From positions 64,001 to 128,000 of the IMG/VR virus record IMGVR_UViG_3300042256_000013: a DNA stretch of 64,000 nt; one strand, 5' to 3'. Of this stretch, positions 25,222-34,046 are shown in pieces. Under the pieces are notes generated by a model, which did not search any database, was not told the DNA's origin, and saw nothing but the letters and a program-made list of their open reading frames with translations. This DNA comes from a virus (Duplodnaviria > Heunggongvirae > Uroviricota > Caudoviricetes). The translations under genes and the position numbers were made by a program. Each line of letters opens with the position of its first letter. The first letter of the stretch is position 1.

Positions 25222-25458
25222 TTAGTCACTAATAGTGACTGTTGGTGGTTCAAATTCAGTATAACCATTACGGTTAAGAATACGAGTCATTTGTTCCTCC
25301 AGTTTAGTATCCTGGTCTGAGAAAACATTAATTGGATAATTAACTGCTTCCAATTCAGCCAGAATTGCTTCAGGTGATGGTGAATCCTCTGAACCTTTGA
25401 ACAATATCAAATACGGCATTGAGAAATCACCAATTCGTTCAATTGCTACAATTTTCAC
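25222..25458 (-). CDS. Hypothetical protein
   Basis: 78 aa ORF. Confidence 0.7.
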   Translation of the reverse strand: MKIVAIERIGDFSMPYLILFKGSEDSPSPEAILAELEAVNYPINVFSDQDTKLEEQMTRILNRNGYTEFEPPTVTISD

Positions 25459-25871
25459 ACATAGTCCTTAGTCATGTCATAGACCGCAGAGTTAATATCG
25501 GAGAACTTCACTTTCCACGGTGCATAGTACTGCTGAAGAAGTTGATCTTTCTTGAACAGTGCTTCTAACGCTTGGATAGCAAATTTCGCATCCTCAAGAA
25601 ACTTATCTTTAACTTTCTTGATGTATTCCGGTTTCATATCTTCAAAACCTAAAATATAGGCAACTTGCAGTTCACGATATGACTGACCTAAATCACCTAA
25701 TGGATTCTTTTGACCATCAGGAAATACGAAGCGATAAACTTCTTCACACGTATCTTTAAGTCGTTCTTCAGCTTTCGCTTCTTTGCCGTACTTCTGGAAG
25801 AAGATTTCAGCAGGTGGATAAGTCTTTACGTTCTTCATCCACGTATCGATTAATTCATTCATATTATTCAC
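25455..25871 (-). CDS. Hypothetical protein
   Basis: 138 aa ORF. Confidence 0.75.
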   Translation of the reverse strand: MNNMNELIDTWMKNVKTYPPAEIFFQKYGKEAKAEERLKDTCEEVYRFVFPDGQKNPLGDLGQSYRELQVAYILGFEDMKPEYIKKVKDKFLEDAKFAIQALEALFKKDQLLQQYYAPWKVKFSDINSAVYDMTKDYV

Positions 25872-26142
25872 CTTTTATCTTTTTAACGATACTATTGATC
25901 ATTTCAGATAGAGCTTCATCTGAAATCAATTTATTCGGAGAACCTTTACCAGTACTTAAATTTAACCCAATAACACCAGGTACAATAAATTGAGTACGCT
26001 CTAATGTACCGTTTTTTAATGCAGTACGAATATGTTCTTCAAGTTCATCTTCAATAAGGATTGGGTCTTCAAGATGAATAATAATTGGTTCGTTGTTCTT
26101 CTTATTGGGTTTACCGTATGAAGAGAAATGAAAAAATGGCAT
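25864..26142 (-). CDS. Hypothetical protein
   Basis: Likely start MPFFHF. Confidence 0.6.
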   Translation of the reverse strand: MPFFHFSSYGKPNKKNNEPIIIHLEDPILIEDELEEHIRTALKNGTLERTQFIVPGVIGLNLSTGKGSPNKLISDEALSEMINSIVKKIKGE

Positions 26143-26143
26143 A

Positions 26144-26959
26144 TTAATCTCCAGTATGAACTTTTTCAGTGAATCCAGGAATAGATGCCATTTGTTCAAC
26201 ATCATTCGTCATATCCAGAATTTCCGCACCATGAATTGGGGAACCCGGTTTAATATTTGCTTTTTCGTACAGTACTTTCATCATTTCACGCCAATTATCT
26301 ACATTAGCAATGTAATAAGAATGGTCTTGACGATAACGTTCAATGTACTCATTGCACAAAGCAGTAAATTCACCTTTCCAGAACACAAGAATAGTTCCAG
26401 AACCATACTTATGATCACTGGTTATGTCTTCAAAAACAATACGCAGTTCCAGTTCAGATGGTTTATTTTCTTCTTCATAGAACAAATTGTCAGAATCATC
26501 ACCGCGATCATCAAAATCACTGATGCTATGAAATTCATTAAAAGTTTCTTTAAGAATATTAAAATTAGCATCACCAACTTTTTGTGCATTCAATAAATCA
26601 TCCCAAGTTGGATTTACCAACTCAATAGGAGTGAACAAAGAAGTTTCAATATAACGAGTTTCAGGAAGAAATTCAATCATTTCATCTTCACTGAAACCAG
26701 TACTAAAGAAATAATGATGACCATCACTATTCCTGACAAATTCAAATACTTCATGCTGAAGATCTTCACCCATTGGATAAACTACTTTATTTTCATTTGT
26801 GAAGTTAATCAGCACATCAATTTTTGAATTTGGTAAAAGGATTGGATGAACCATTAAGAATTTTTTCTCAGAAATGATACGATTATAGAACTGAGAATTA
26901 CGGCGATAATTGCTATAATATTCTTTTAAGCTATCAATAAATTTCTGTTCAATAGTCAT
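26144..26959 (-). CDS. Hypothetical protein
   Basis: 271 aa ORF. Confidence 0.8.
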   Translation of the reverse strand: MTIEQKFIDSLKEYYSNYRRNSQFYNRIISEKKFLMVHPILLPNSKIDVLINFTNENKVVYPMGEDLQHEVFEFVRNSDGHHYFFSTGFSEDEMIEFLPETRYIETSLFTPIELVNPTWDDLLNAQKVGDANFNILKETFNEFHSISDFDDRGDDSDNLFYEEENKPSELELRIVFEDITSDHKYGSGTILVFWKGEFTALCNEYIERYRQDHSYYIANVDNWREMMKVLYEKANIKPGSPIHGAEILDMTNDVEQMASIPGFTEKVHTGD

Positions 26960-27198
26960 TATTTTTTATTCCCATTAAAACTGTAATCCATTGCTTTATG
27001 GATACATACACAAATAAGAACTAATTCCAAAATCCAAAGGAATGTAATTCCACCATTCATCAGGCACGTTACCAAACGGTCTTCAGTGCTCATATCACGC
27101 CAGAAACCAGTTGGCACAAATGGAATAGTAAAACACGTGATTAAAATAGACACGGCAAAGGATGCTATAACTATTATCCAAAAATAACTAGCTTTCAT
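26959..27198 (-). CDS. Membrane protein
   Basis: 79 aa, two TM segments; GGAGA RBS. Confidence 0.75.
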   Translation of the reverse strand: MKASYFWIIVIASFAVSILITCFTIPFVPTGFWRDMSTEDRLVTCLMNGGITFLWILELVLICVCIHKAMDYSFNGNKK

Positions 27199-27264
27199 GG
27201 TGTTCTCCGGTTCAATTAATATGACAGTACTTTATCATACGGATTCGGCACTGTCAAGTACTTT

Positions 27265-27708
27265 TTACTGATCCAGTAATTCTAAATCATAGAGAATTTG
27301 TGCCAGGTCATCAAACTCAATATGTTCATTAATTACATGGGTGAATACAAACTGACCTTTTGGTGTTACTCGCCAGCATTGACCTGGGTGAGAAGTAAGA
27401 TAACGGTTTTCTTCACCTGGAGGCCATGACAGATGCATAGTACGTACAGAAAAGTCATCGTAAACAAAATCCACAATAGTAATATCAGTACGGTTCTGCC
27501 AGTTGAATGAAAATGCTTGTGTTTCTTCTACCAGCAACTCAGCATTGTTGGCGAAACAAAGACACATCATTTCATTATTAGCTTCTTCGTAAGGAAAACG
27601 AATTTCCTGATTCTTTGTATAATCAATCCAAGTTAGATACTTAGCATCGAATGTAAAGATTTCGCAGTTCTCAGTTACGAGAGATACAGTTTTCAATACT
27701 TTTGACAT
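27265..27708 (-). CDS. Hypothetical protein
   Basis: 147 aa, GAGGA RBS. Confidence 0.8.
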   Translation of the reverse strand: MSKVLKTVSLVTENCEIFTFDAKYLTWIDYTKNQEIRFPYEEANNEMMCLCFANNAELLVEETQAFSFNWQNRTDITIVDFVYDDFSVRTMHLSWPPGEENRYLTSHPGQCWRVTPKGQFVFTHVINEHIEFDDLAQILYDLELLDQ

Positions 27709-27732
27709 GATTAATCCTCTTGAATAACAATT

Positions 27733-27754
27733 AAGGGCATCACGTGATGCCCTT
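27733..27754 (-). terminator. Hairpin terminator
   Basis: AAGGGCATCACGTGATGCCCTT perfect palindrome. Confidence 0.6.
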
Positions 27755-27766
27755 CTTCAATAGAGG

Positions 27767-28027
27767 TTAGAAATCGTCGATGATACGAATAGTTTTCGCA
27801 TTAGGATTATCTTCGAAAATCTTTTCAAAGATTGCCGTAATCATGTCGTTTTCAAACCTCTCACCACGACTTACATTGTAAGAACCAGAACCGTCTTGAC
27901 CATAGATACCTTCTTCTTGACAAGCATCGCAGACTGAGTTCCAATCGAACCCAAGAAGTTCACCAACAACGTTAATATCGCTGTTGTCTATACTGTAAGA
28001 TGGTTCGATAATGAATGGTTCAGGCAT
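27767..28027 (-). CDS. Hypothetical protein
   Basis: 86 aa ORF. Confidence 0.75.
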   Translation of the reverse strand: MPEPFIIEPSYSIDNSDINVVGELLGFDWNSVCDACQEEGIYGQDGSGSYNVSRGERFENDMITAIFEKIFEDNPNAKTIRIIDDF

Positions 28028-28287
28028 TATTTCACCTTAACAGCGGAACGAGCCGCATCGTAGTACTTGTTGACTTTGTTGCGATACGAAATCACCGCTT
28101 TGAATTCATCGGTATCATGATTTACCGGAACGCGAGGTTGATTCTTCCAACAATCAGCACAATCGCAACCTACTGGAACTTCAGTACTATAGAAATGCTT
28201 ACTGATATGAGCCAGTACTGACAGGCGGTGTTGTTTCAAACGCTGAAGATTCATTTTCTTCAGTACTTCATCTTCTACTATCTTCAT
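28027..28287 (-). CDS. Hypothetical protein
   Basis: 86 aa, CDCADC. Confidence 0.7.
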   Translation of the reverse strand: MKIVEDEVLKKMNLQRLKQHRLSVLAHISKHFYSTEVPVGCDCADCWKNQPRVPVNHDTDEFKAVISYRNKVNKYYDAARSAVKVK

Positions 28288-28583
28288 GGTTTCACCATAT
28301 TAATTTTACAATCGGTATTAATGATTTGAACCCATTCGCCATCATCATTAATCATCGTAAGTTCTTTTTTGTCCTTAGACATAGTATACTCTTTCGTGTA
28401 AACATAGTCGAAGCGACCGCAGTTCAGACGAAAGTACTTATATCCAGGTTTGATGGTGTAGGTAGTACCTACGTCTGAAGGAACAACTTCAGCAGTACTT
28501 GTTTTATCATCTGCCAGTACTGAAACAGAGAACACTGTTAACAGTGCTCCGAGAATGAATTTATTCAACTTCTTCATCGTCAT
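28284..28583 (-). CDS. Secreted hypothetical protein
   Basis: Signal MKKLNKFILGALLTVFSVSVLA. Confidence 0.7.
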   Translation of the reverse strand: MTMKKLNKFILGALLTVFSVSVLADDKTSTAEVVPSDVGTTYTIKPGYKYFRLNCGRFDYVYTKEYTMSKDKKELTMINDDGEWVQIINTDCKINMVKP

Positions 28584-28869
28584 CTTCCGCTTCTTCATAT
28601 CCAGACTTTTCATGATTCCGCTGAACTGCGAGTTTGAATTCATCGGTTTCAGATACTTCATCAGTACAATATACCAGTTCCCACTGACCAGCACCATACG
28701 TTTCATTGTACGTATCGTGCTTCCAGTTAGACCCAATACCCATATCATGCTTACCCCAATCAGTATTGCTACTGAGATGGCTTGTAATACAATCACCATC
28801 TTCGGTAAGTGCTAACATCTGAACACCGAAAACGTGTGTAGCGTAAGGAATTACAAAGATCTTTTTCAT
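28561..28869 (-). CDS. Hypothetical protein
   Basis: 102 aa, SHLSSNTDWGKHDM. Confidence 0.7.
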   Translation of the reverse strand: MKKIFVIPYATHVFGVQMLALTEDGDCITSHLSSNTDWGKHDMGIGSNWKHDTYNETYGAGQWELVYCTDEVSETDEFKLAVQRNHEKSGYEEAEDDDEEVE

Positions 28870-29051
28870 TTTGTCTCCTTCAAGACTACTTCGAAGTTTT
28901 GAGTAATTGTGCTAAGTTGTTCCAATTGAGAAATAGCAGCAGCTAAACCTTGTTGGGCGATATGATATGCAGATTCCCATGAATGAGTATCTTTAGCACG
29001 TTGATGAATCTTTTTAAGGTTATTTAAACCTTCTTGTGAAACAATTGCCAT
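28866..29051 (-). CDS. Hypothetical protein
   Basis: 61 aa, GAGGA RBS. Confidence 0.7.
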   Translation of the reverse strand: MAIVSQEGLNNLKKIHQRAKDTHSWESAYHIAQQGLAAAISQLEQLSTITQNFEVVLKETK

Positions 29052-29067
29052 GAGTATATCCTCAATT

Positions 29068-29158
29068 TAGTACGGGTGACGAGATTCGAACTCGTAGAAC
29101 CATCAAAGGTTCGAGAGATTTTAAGTCTCTTGTGTACTGCCAATACCACCACACCCGC
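29068..29158 (-). tRNA. tRNA-Leu(TAA)
   Basis: AGAGA-CTTAAAA-TCTCT, long variable arm. Confidence 0.94.
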
Positions 29159-29167
29159 AATTTTTAA

Positions 29168-29620
29168 TCAGTAATTAGAAGTATCTAATTCAAAGTACTG
29201 ATCTGCATTTTCAGTATGTAAATCATTCATCTTTCCCCAAAAATTTAATGAACCAATTACACCACTTCCAGCTTCAAAGGAACCTTCGAAACCTTTTTCA
29301 ATAAGACGCTTATTCAATTCTTTATAAAGCATCTTACCATAACCTTTAAGGCGATGTTCTTCTTTAATGAACGCCTGAATATTGGTTCCCCAATAACGAT
29401 GACTATATTCGTTATTATGATACATAGCACCAATATACTTACCCAAATCACTCTTTAATAAAATGAGTTCAGAAGTTTTAGCTACATCTGAATCCTGAAT
29501 AATATCACGATAACAATGAATAATTGTCCATGTTGGTGAGTGATACAATTCAGAATCTAATGCAATTTGTGCTAATTCTGAAATTGGAATATTATCAGAC
29601 GTGATGATTTTCATTACCAA
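29168..29620 (-). CDS. GNAT-like acetyltransferase (putative)
   Basis: FIKEEHRLKGYGKMLY motif A. Confidence 0.6.
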   Translation of the reverse strand: MVMKIITSDNIPISELAQIALDSELYHSPTWTIIHCYRDIIQDSDVAKTSELILLKSDLGKYIGAMYHNNEYSHRYWGTNIQAFIKEEHRLKGYGKMLYKELNKRLIEKGFEGSFEAGSGVIGSLNFWGKMNDLHTENADQYFELDTSNY

Positions 29621-29814
29621 AGCCCTGTATGATTTACCGAGAAGATACGCAGAAACGTATCACACCAAACAATAGCGAATGGAATAAACATACCACACGC
29701 TGACCAAAACTTTTTCACATCCCAAGCAATTATTGCTTTAATTGAATTACCTGAGTAGTAAATTGAAAATAAAAATGACCAAATACATATAAACGCAAGT
29801 ACTGGACTCATCAT
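29614..29814 (-). CDS. Small membrane protein
   Basis: 66 aa hydrophobic. Confidence 0.65.
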   Translation of the reverse strand: MMSPVLAFICIWSFLFSIYYSGNSIKAIIAWDVKKFWSACGMFIPFAIVWCDTFLRIFSVNHTGLW

Positions 29815-30026
29815 TTTATGTCCTTTTTATCCGTATTTGGAGGATTCGTATTATCAAGACGATGATAGAATTCACCAAATAGCTTACCAACAAGAAAAAC
29901 ACTAATCATAATGATGGTCAGACCAATACTGCCAATTGAACCACTGACTAATGCACCATACATCAAGCTGGATACAAAACCAATGATAACTGAAATTATA
30001 AGTTGAAAGACGAAAGAAAGTTTCAT
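29811..30026 (-). CDS. Small membrane protein
   Basis: Start MKLSFV. Confidence 0.65.
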   Translation of the reverse strand: MKLSFVFQLIISVIIGFVSSLMYGALVSGSIGSIGLTIIMISVFLVGKLFGEFYHRLDNTNPPNTDKKDIK

Positions 30027-30226
30027 GTTACAATTTCCCAATCTGAAATATTCAATTCAAGTTGCATAAGTTCAACTTCATAAACGTGACCATCTATCAA
30101 TTGCCAGGTCTTACCATTTTTATTAATGTACAGAACAATATCTAATTGTTCAAAGTGTGGACGCCGAATATACAATCCGTTTTTAAATGAAGAATTAAGT
30201 ACTTTTAAAATTTCTGCGATGGTCAT
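30023..30226 (-). CDS. Hypothetical protein
   Basis: 67 aa ORF. Confidence 0.6.
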   Translation of the reverse strand: MTIAEILKVLNSSFKNGLYIRRPHFEQLDIVLYINKNGKTWQLIDGHVYEVELMQLELNISDWEIVT

Positions 30227-30409
30227 AAAATATATCTCATTTGTTGATTTTGTAAGTATCGTTAATCATTTTTTGTGTAATTATACGATCAATACCATCA
30301 GCAACTGCGTTAATCACAACTGCACTGATTATTACTACAAGTACACCGAACAAGATAAAACAAGCATTTTCTTTCAAGTACTTAATCATATCAAGTTCCT
30401 ATAAATTAA

Positions 30410-30577
30410 TGGAGCCGCATTAGGGGTTCGAACCCTACTCAAGTGAACACGCCAACCAGACGTTCAAGAATATCTTCTTGACACTCTATCACAATACCAT
30501 TATTGATACTTGTACCTTATTGTGCACGTTCCAGTACTTTCTCTCAGTGATGAATGGGAATCGAACCCATCCACGGC
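30410..30577 (-). ncRNA. 168-nt tRNA-like RNA with two T-arm hairpins and 3' CCA
   Basis: GCCGT..ATGGG-TTCGATT-CCCAT ... TAGGG-TTCGAAC-CCCTA-ATGCGGC-T-CCA. Confidence 0.7.
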
Positions 30578-30624
30578 ATAATTCTCAATTAAAACCTACA
30601 TAATTTATTATGTAGGGGAATAAC

Positions 30625-30945
30625 TTAGTTCACCAGAAGGACGTAATAACCGCCGACATATTCAATATCATCCCATTTGGGAGTATCTTCATCGTCTTCG
30701 TCCATGTGCTGGTCGTATTCGTTTTCTTCAATAACGCGAATACGTGGAGCACCGTCAACTTCAACGTCGATGGTATGATCCCAATTACCATTGAAAACGT
30801 AATTTTCAATATCTGCCGCTATTGTATCAATATGCGGCTGGAAGTCAAATTTTTCTTTGAAGTGATCAACGAAAGTTTGAGCTAACTCCATTGATTCTTC
30901 TGCAATGGTTTTGCTTTGAAACGGCATCATGTAGTTCTGGTTCAT
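30625..30945 (-). CDS. Hypothetical protein
   Basis: 106 aa ORF. Confidence 0.75.
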   Translation of the reverse strand: MNQNYMMPFQSKTIAEESMELAQTFVDHFKEKFDFQPHIDTIAADIENYVFNGNWDHTIDVEVDGAPRIRVIEENEYDQHMDEDDEDTPKWDDIEYVGGYYVLLVN

Positions 30946-30970
30946 GAGTCAGTACTCCGCATTTTGTTTG

Positions 30971-31060
30971 TGGTGATCCCGGCTGGATTCGAACCAGCGA
31001 TGTGTCATTAACTGTGACGGCTTATGAGGCCGCTGCCTTCGGCCTCTAGGCAACAGGACC
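30971..31060 (-). tRNA. tRNA(CAT), Met or Ile2, with long variable arm
   Basis: GCGGC-CTCATAA-GCCGT, 18-nt variable region, A-CCA. Confidence 0.88.
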
Positions 31061-31067
31061 GGATTCA

Positions 31068-31340
31068 TTAACGATAACGAAAATTACGTTCACTTTTCAG
31101 CAAATCAATCAACTCTTGTGATGGATTTGCTGGTTCATCAAGAATTTTCAGAAGTTTATCAAATTGTTCAGGAGATAAAATCTTTCTGGTTTCATCGATA
31201 TTAATACCGCAGTACTCACATTGTACTACTACGGTTGGTTCAGAACCTTCTTCACCAGTGATGAACTCTGAAGGAATAGATTCTGTTACGAACTTATGAC
31301 CAGCACCACTTGCTGGACATTCATCATATGGATTAGACAT
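31068..31340 (-). CDS. Hypothetical protein (Zn-ribbon plus C-terminal LDEPANPSQELIDLL)
   Basis: 90 aa, CPASGAGH...CEYCG. Confidence 0.7.
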   Translation of the reverse strand: MSNPYDECPASGAGHKFVTESIPSEFITGEEGSEPTVVVQCEYCGINIDETRKILSPEQFDKLLKILDEPANPSQELIDLLKSERNFRYR

Positions 31341-31355
31341 TGTATATACCTTTCG

Positions 31356-31742
31356 CTAAACTAATATTAAAGTAATTACCCAATAATATTTGTTGTTTTC
31401 ATGAAGTACTTTAACATTCGATAATACAGAGAATGTTGGTGTACCATCTGTATTATACACATCAACAGTACTTTGCCCTTTAGTGAAAGGACAAAACTTG
31501 TCAATATGTTGTGGACGAACACAACTACGTTCATATGTTCCGACTTTTTTAACATCAATGACATTATCATTGTCGTCAATTTCAGGAACATCATAAAGAC
31601 TTGGACCGTGGACACGATACATATCTTTATAAAATCCTTCAGTTACGAGTTCAAAAACATCATAACCTTGAACTTCTACTTTCAGTGTTAAACGACGAGA
31701 ATCAACCAACTCTTGCATTTCAACAGCATTCAGTACTATCAT
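31356..31742 (-). CDS. Hypothetical protein
   Basis: 128 aa, GGAGA RBS, TAG stop. Confidence 0.75.
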   Translation of the reverse strand: MIVLNAVEMQELVDSRRLTLKVEVQGYDVFELVTEGFYKDMYRVHGPSLYDVPEIDDNDNVIDVKKVGTYERSCVRPQHIDKFCPFTKGQSTVDVYNTDGTPTFSVLSNVKVLHENNKYYWVITLILV

Positions 31743-31763
31743 GATATTTCTCCAATTAAAAGA

Positions 31764-31873
31764 TGCTAAGAACAGGACTCGAACCTGTAAGGAAACCTCA
31801 CGGTACTTCCCATGTCCTATTGTCGCGATTCGCTATCGTCAGACACTACGTTTACCAATTCCGTCATCTTAAC
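31764..31873 (-). ncRNA. Leu-type tRNA-like RNA with 25-nt expanded anticodon loop
   Basis: GTTAAGA/TCTTAGC, ACG-GAATTGGTAAA-CGT, GTGTC/GACAT stem, long variable arm, ACAGG-TTCGAGT-CCTGT. Confidence 0.75.
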
Positions 31874-31874
31874 T

Positions 31875-32030
31875 TGGCGGGGATATTCCGCACCCTACCT
31901 TGCGTTGGAAGCCAAAGGGTGTTTATCGGCTATATGCCCCATTATATGTTTGCCAATATAAGGTAGTTTCATCTACGCACGACCCTACAGGTACTTGACC
32001 TGTACCGCCGCTTCGAATAAGCCTTTCTAT
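31875..32030 (-). ncRNA. Candidate structured RNA
   Basis: GTACAGGT/ACCTGTA, GTAG-ATGAAA-CTAC, ACCCT/AGGGT helices; ends CCGCCA. Confidence 0.45.
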
Positions 32031-32036
32031 TAGCAT

Positions 32037-32112
32037 TAGTGGCTCATACCAGATTCGAACTGGTGTGGACAGAGATTTAGAGTCTCCCGCTACGCCTCTC
32101 AGCTAATGAGCC
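32037..32112 (-). tRNA. Amber suppressor tRNA(CTA)
   Basis: GGCTCAT/ATGAGCC-A, GGAGA-CTCTAAA-TCTCT, ACCAG-TTCGAAT-CTGGT. Confidence 0.9.
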
Positions 32113-32133
32113 ATTGCTGCATTTGATACGTTT

Positions 32134-32162
32134 ATTATACCAGAGTTTTTAAAGTCGTTCCA
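32134..32162 (-). promoter_or_regulatory. Class-II promoter
   Basis: TGGAACG-N16-TATAAT directly upstream of the suppressor tRNA. Confidence 0.7.
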
Positions 32163-32177
32163 GATTTTTTTTGTAAA

Positions 32178-32399
32178 TCAAGTATTTGAAGATTCTCGCA
32201 ATTTTTGAAATTCACGTTCAATATGTTGAACACATTGTTCATATGTCGTAATACTATTAACAGTAACATCAACACCATTGAATTTAAAAATTACCGTAGT
32301 GTTCAGTTTTTTAGCAATGTCGGATGCTTCTGCATGGAGAGCAAAAATGTTCGTACCAGCAAATGCTTTTAATTGCAACGGGCTTTGAAAGTTTTTCAT
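32178..32399 (-). CDS. Hypothetical protein
   Basis: 73 aa ORF. Confidence 0.7.
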   Translation of the reverse strand: MKNFQSPLQLKAFAGTNIFALHAEASDIAKKLNTTVIFKFNGVDVTVNSITTYEQCVQHIEREFQKLRESSNT

Positions 32400-32408
32400 A
32401 AATTGTCC

Positions 32409-32675
32409 TTACTCACAATCATTATAAGTTAAGAAACGATTTTGAAGTACAGAGAATAAATGTGTCCAAACATCATTTTCTTCAAGGTCAGCGGAACAGA
32501 TGAATACACCTTCTTCGGTATCGCTTTTCCAAATACCTTCAGTCATATAAGGTTTCTGGAACCATGCCTGAACTGAACCATACATGTTTACAGATACAAT
32601 AGGCATTCCAGTAGGAATTGCCAATTCACATCCGTTTACATGACAATGTACTTTATTACTCTGACGTATTTTCAT
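32409..32675 (-). CDS. Hypothetical protein
   Basis: 88 aa ORF. Confidence 0.7.
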   Translation of the reverse strand: MKIRQSNKVHCHVNGCELAIPTGMPIVSVNMYGSVQAWFQKPYMTEGIWKSDTEEGVFICSADLEENDVWTHLFSVLQNRFLTYNDCE

Positions 32676-32953
32676 TTCGATTCACCATGAACGAATTTCA
32701 TAGCCGTTTCATAACCAGTACGAAGATTATCATACGCAGCCTGAAGTTCAGGAATATCGTTACCTTGACCATTAGAACCACGATTCATTATGATGTTATG
32801 GTCTACCAAATGGCGAAGAATGCGTAATTCACTAATCCAGTACTTTTTATCTTTTGCACAACCAGACTTAGCACGTAAATTGCGATAATCATATACTGAA
32901 TTGTAAATTTCACTGTTCGTCATACAAATTCCTCTTATCGCTTCTTCATACAA
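32672..32953 (-). CDS. Hypothetical protein
   Basis: 93 aa ORF; start may be MTNSEIY. Confidence 0.65.
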   Translation of the reverse strand: MYEEAIRGICMTNSEIYNSVYDYRNLRAKSGCAKDKKYWISELRILRHLVDHNIIMNRGSNGQGNDIPELQAAYDNLRTGYETAMKFVHGESK

Positions 32954-33216
32954 GCAATAATAAAGTTGAATGGTTTAAATGTCATAGCTAGCATTAACAG
33001 TGTATGAATAATATTCAGTACTGGAATAAAAGCTAAACCTGCCATAACAAAAATAAACCAACGTTCATCCACAAAGTGATATTTATATGATGTACCGGAC
33101 GTTTTGTTTTTATATAGGCGGTACAAATCATTTACCGCGAAATACAAAACAAACAATCCACCATATACCAAAGTAACAATACCATACCATTTAAGAATGG
33201 ACAAGATAATATCCAT
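32935..33216 (-). CDS. Membrane protein
   Basis: 93 aa, two TM segments. Confidence 0.75.
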   Translation of the reverse strand: MDIILSILKWYGIVTLVYGGLFVLYFAVNDLYRLYKNKTSGTSYKYHFVDERWFIFVMAGLAFIPVLNIIHTLLMLAMTFKPFNFIIACMKKR

Positions 33217-33364
33217 TATTACTTCCTCGCGAAGTCCACGAATACGACATTGCTATCTTTGTTTATCATAGCTTTCAGTCGTGCCTTTTGTTCATCACTC
33301 ATTGAAGTGACATAACCACGTGTAGGTAAATCTTTCATTCTGCACCTCTCGTCGGTAGGAGTAC

Positions 33365-33393
33365 ATAATACTGGATAACACACTGTCTGTCAA
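33365..33393 (-). promoter_or_regulatory. sigma70-type promoter
   Basis: TTGACA-N17-TATTAT. Confidence 0.8.
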
Positions 33394-33507
33394 GGACTTT
33401 TTTTGTCTTTTTTCGCTGGTAACTCATGAACAGGCATCTTCGGTGTTTTAAGAATATCTTTCATCCGTTCCAGCGGGTTTTCTTTTTGTGGCTCAGGTTT
33501 CATTTTA

Positions 33508-33891
33508 TCACTCATGGACGACTGGTGCAAGGATTTTATCAAAATACTCACGAATTACTGGGAAATCAGCATGTTCAAATTGACCTGCTACAAAATTAGA
33601 AGTACTAACCTGGAAATGCCATTCTTCTGTAATAGTTGGGTAATTTTCAAAATCAACACGACCACCACCATTATAAAAGAATGTGAAATAATCTTCATGG
33701 ATATAAAGAGTACCATCATCCACATAAAGACAGATATGTCCAGCATTAGGATTCAATTCAAATCCACCATCGGTGATGATTTGTTCTTCTTCAGGCATTA
33801 ACATTTCTGCAATGAATTTGACAGGTTTACCATGTACAGAAGTATACAAGTTGTAAATGTTTTCTAAGGCTAACAGTACTTCTTCACGCAT
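33508..33891 (-). CDS. EEW(H/F)FQLST-family protein
   Basis: TEEWHFQVST. Confidence 0.78.
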   Translation of the reverse strand: MREEVLLALENIYNLYTSVHGKPVKFIAEMLMPEEEQIITDGGFELNPNAGHICLYVDDGTLYIHEDYFTFFYNGGGRVDFENYPTITEEWHFQVSTSNFVAGQFEHADFPVIREYFDKILAPVVHE

Positions 33892-33911
33892 ATATAATTC
33901 CTTACAAAAAG

Positions 33912-33935
33912 AAAAACCAGCATAAGCTGGTTTTT
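33912..33935. terminator. Rho-independent terminator
   Basis: AAAAACCAGC-ATAA-GCTGGTTTTT. Confidence 0.8.
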
Positions 33936-33940
33936 AAATA

Positions 33941-34017
33941 TGGCCTTCCCTGAAGGATTCGAACCTTCGACCCACGGCTTAGAAGGCCGTTGCTCTACTC
34001 CACTGAGCTAAGGGAAG
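33941..34017 (-). tRNA. tRNA-Arg(TCT)
   Basis: ACGGC-CTTCTAA-GCCGT, G-CCA. Confidence 0.95.
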
Positions 34018-34046
34018 ATAAGTACTACAATGTAGTACTATTTTAT

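Noticed and set aside
30410-30577. tmRNA
   Set aside because: Too short, no G3-U70 alanine acceptor and no tag reading frame.
31068-31742. Read-through fusion across TAG at 31356 (in frame with the ATG at 31340)
   Set aside because: The downstream ORF has its own RBS and an in-frame arrangement arises one time in three by chance. Worth checking only if suppression is confirmed.
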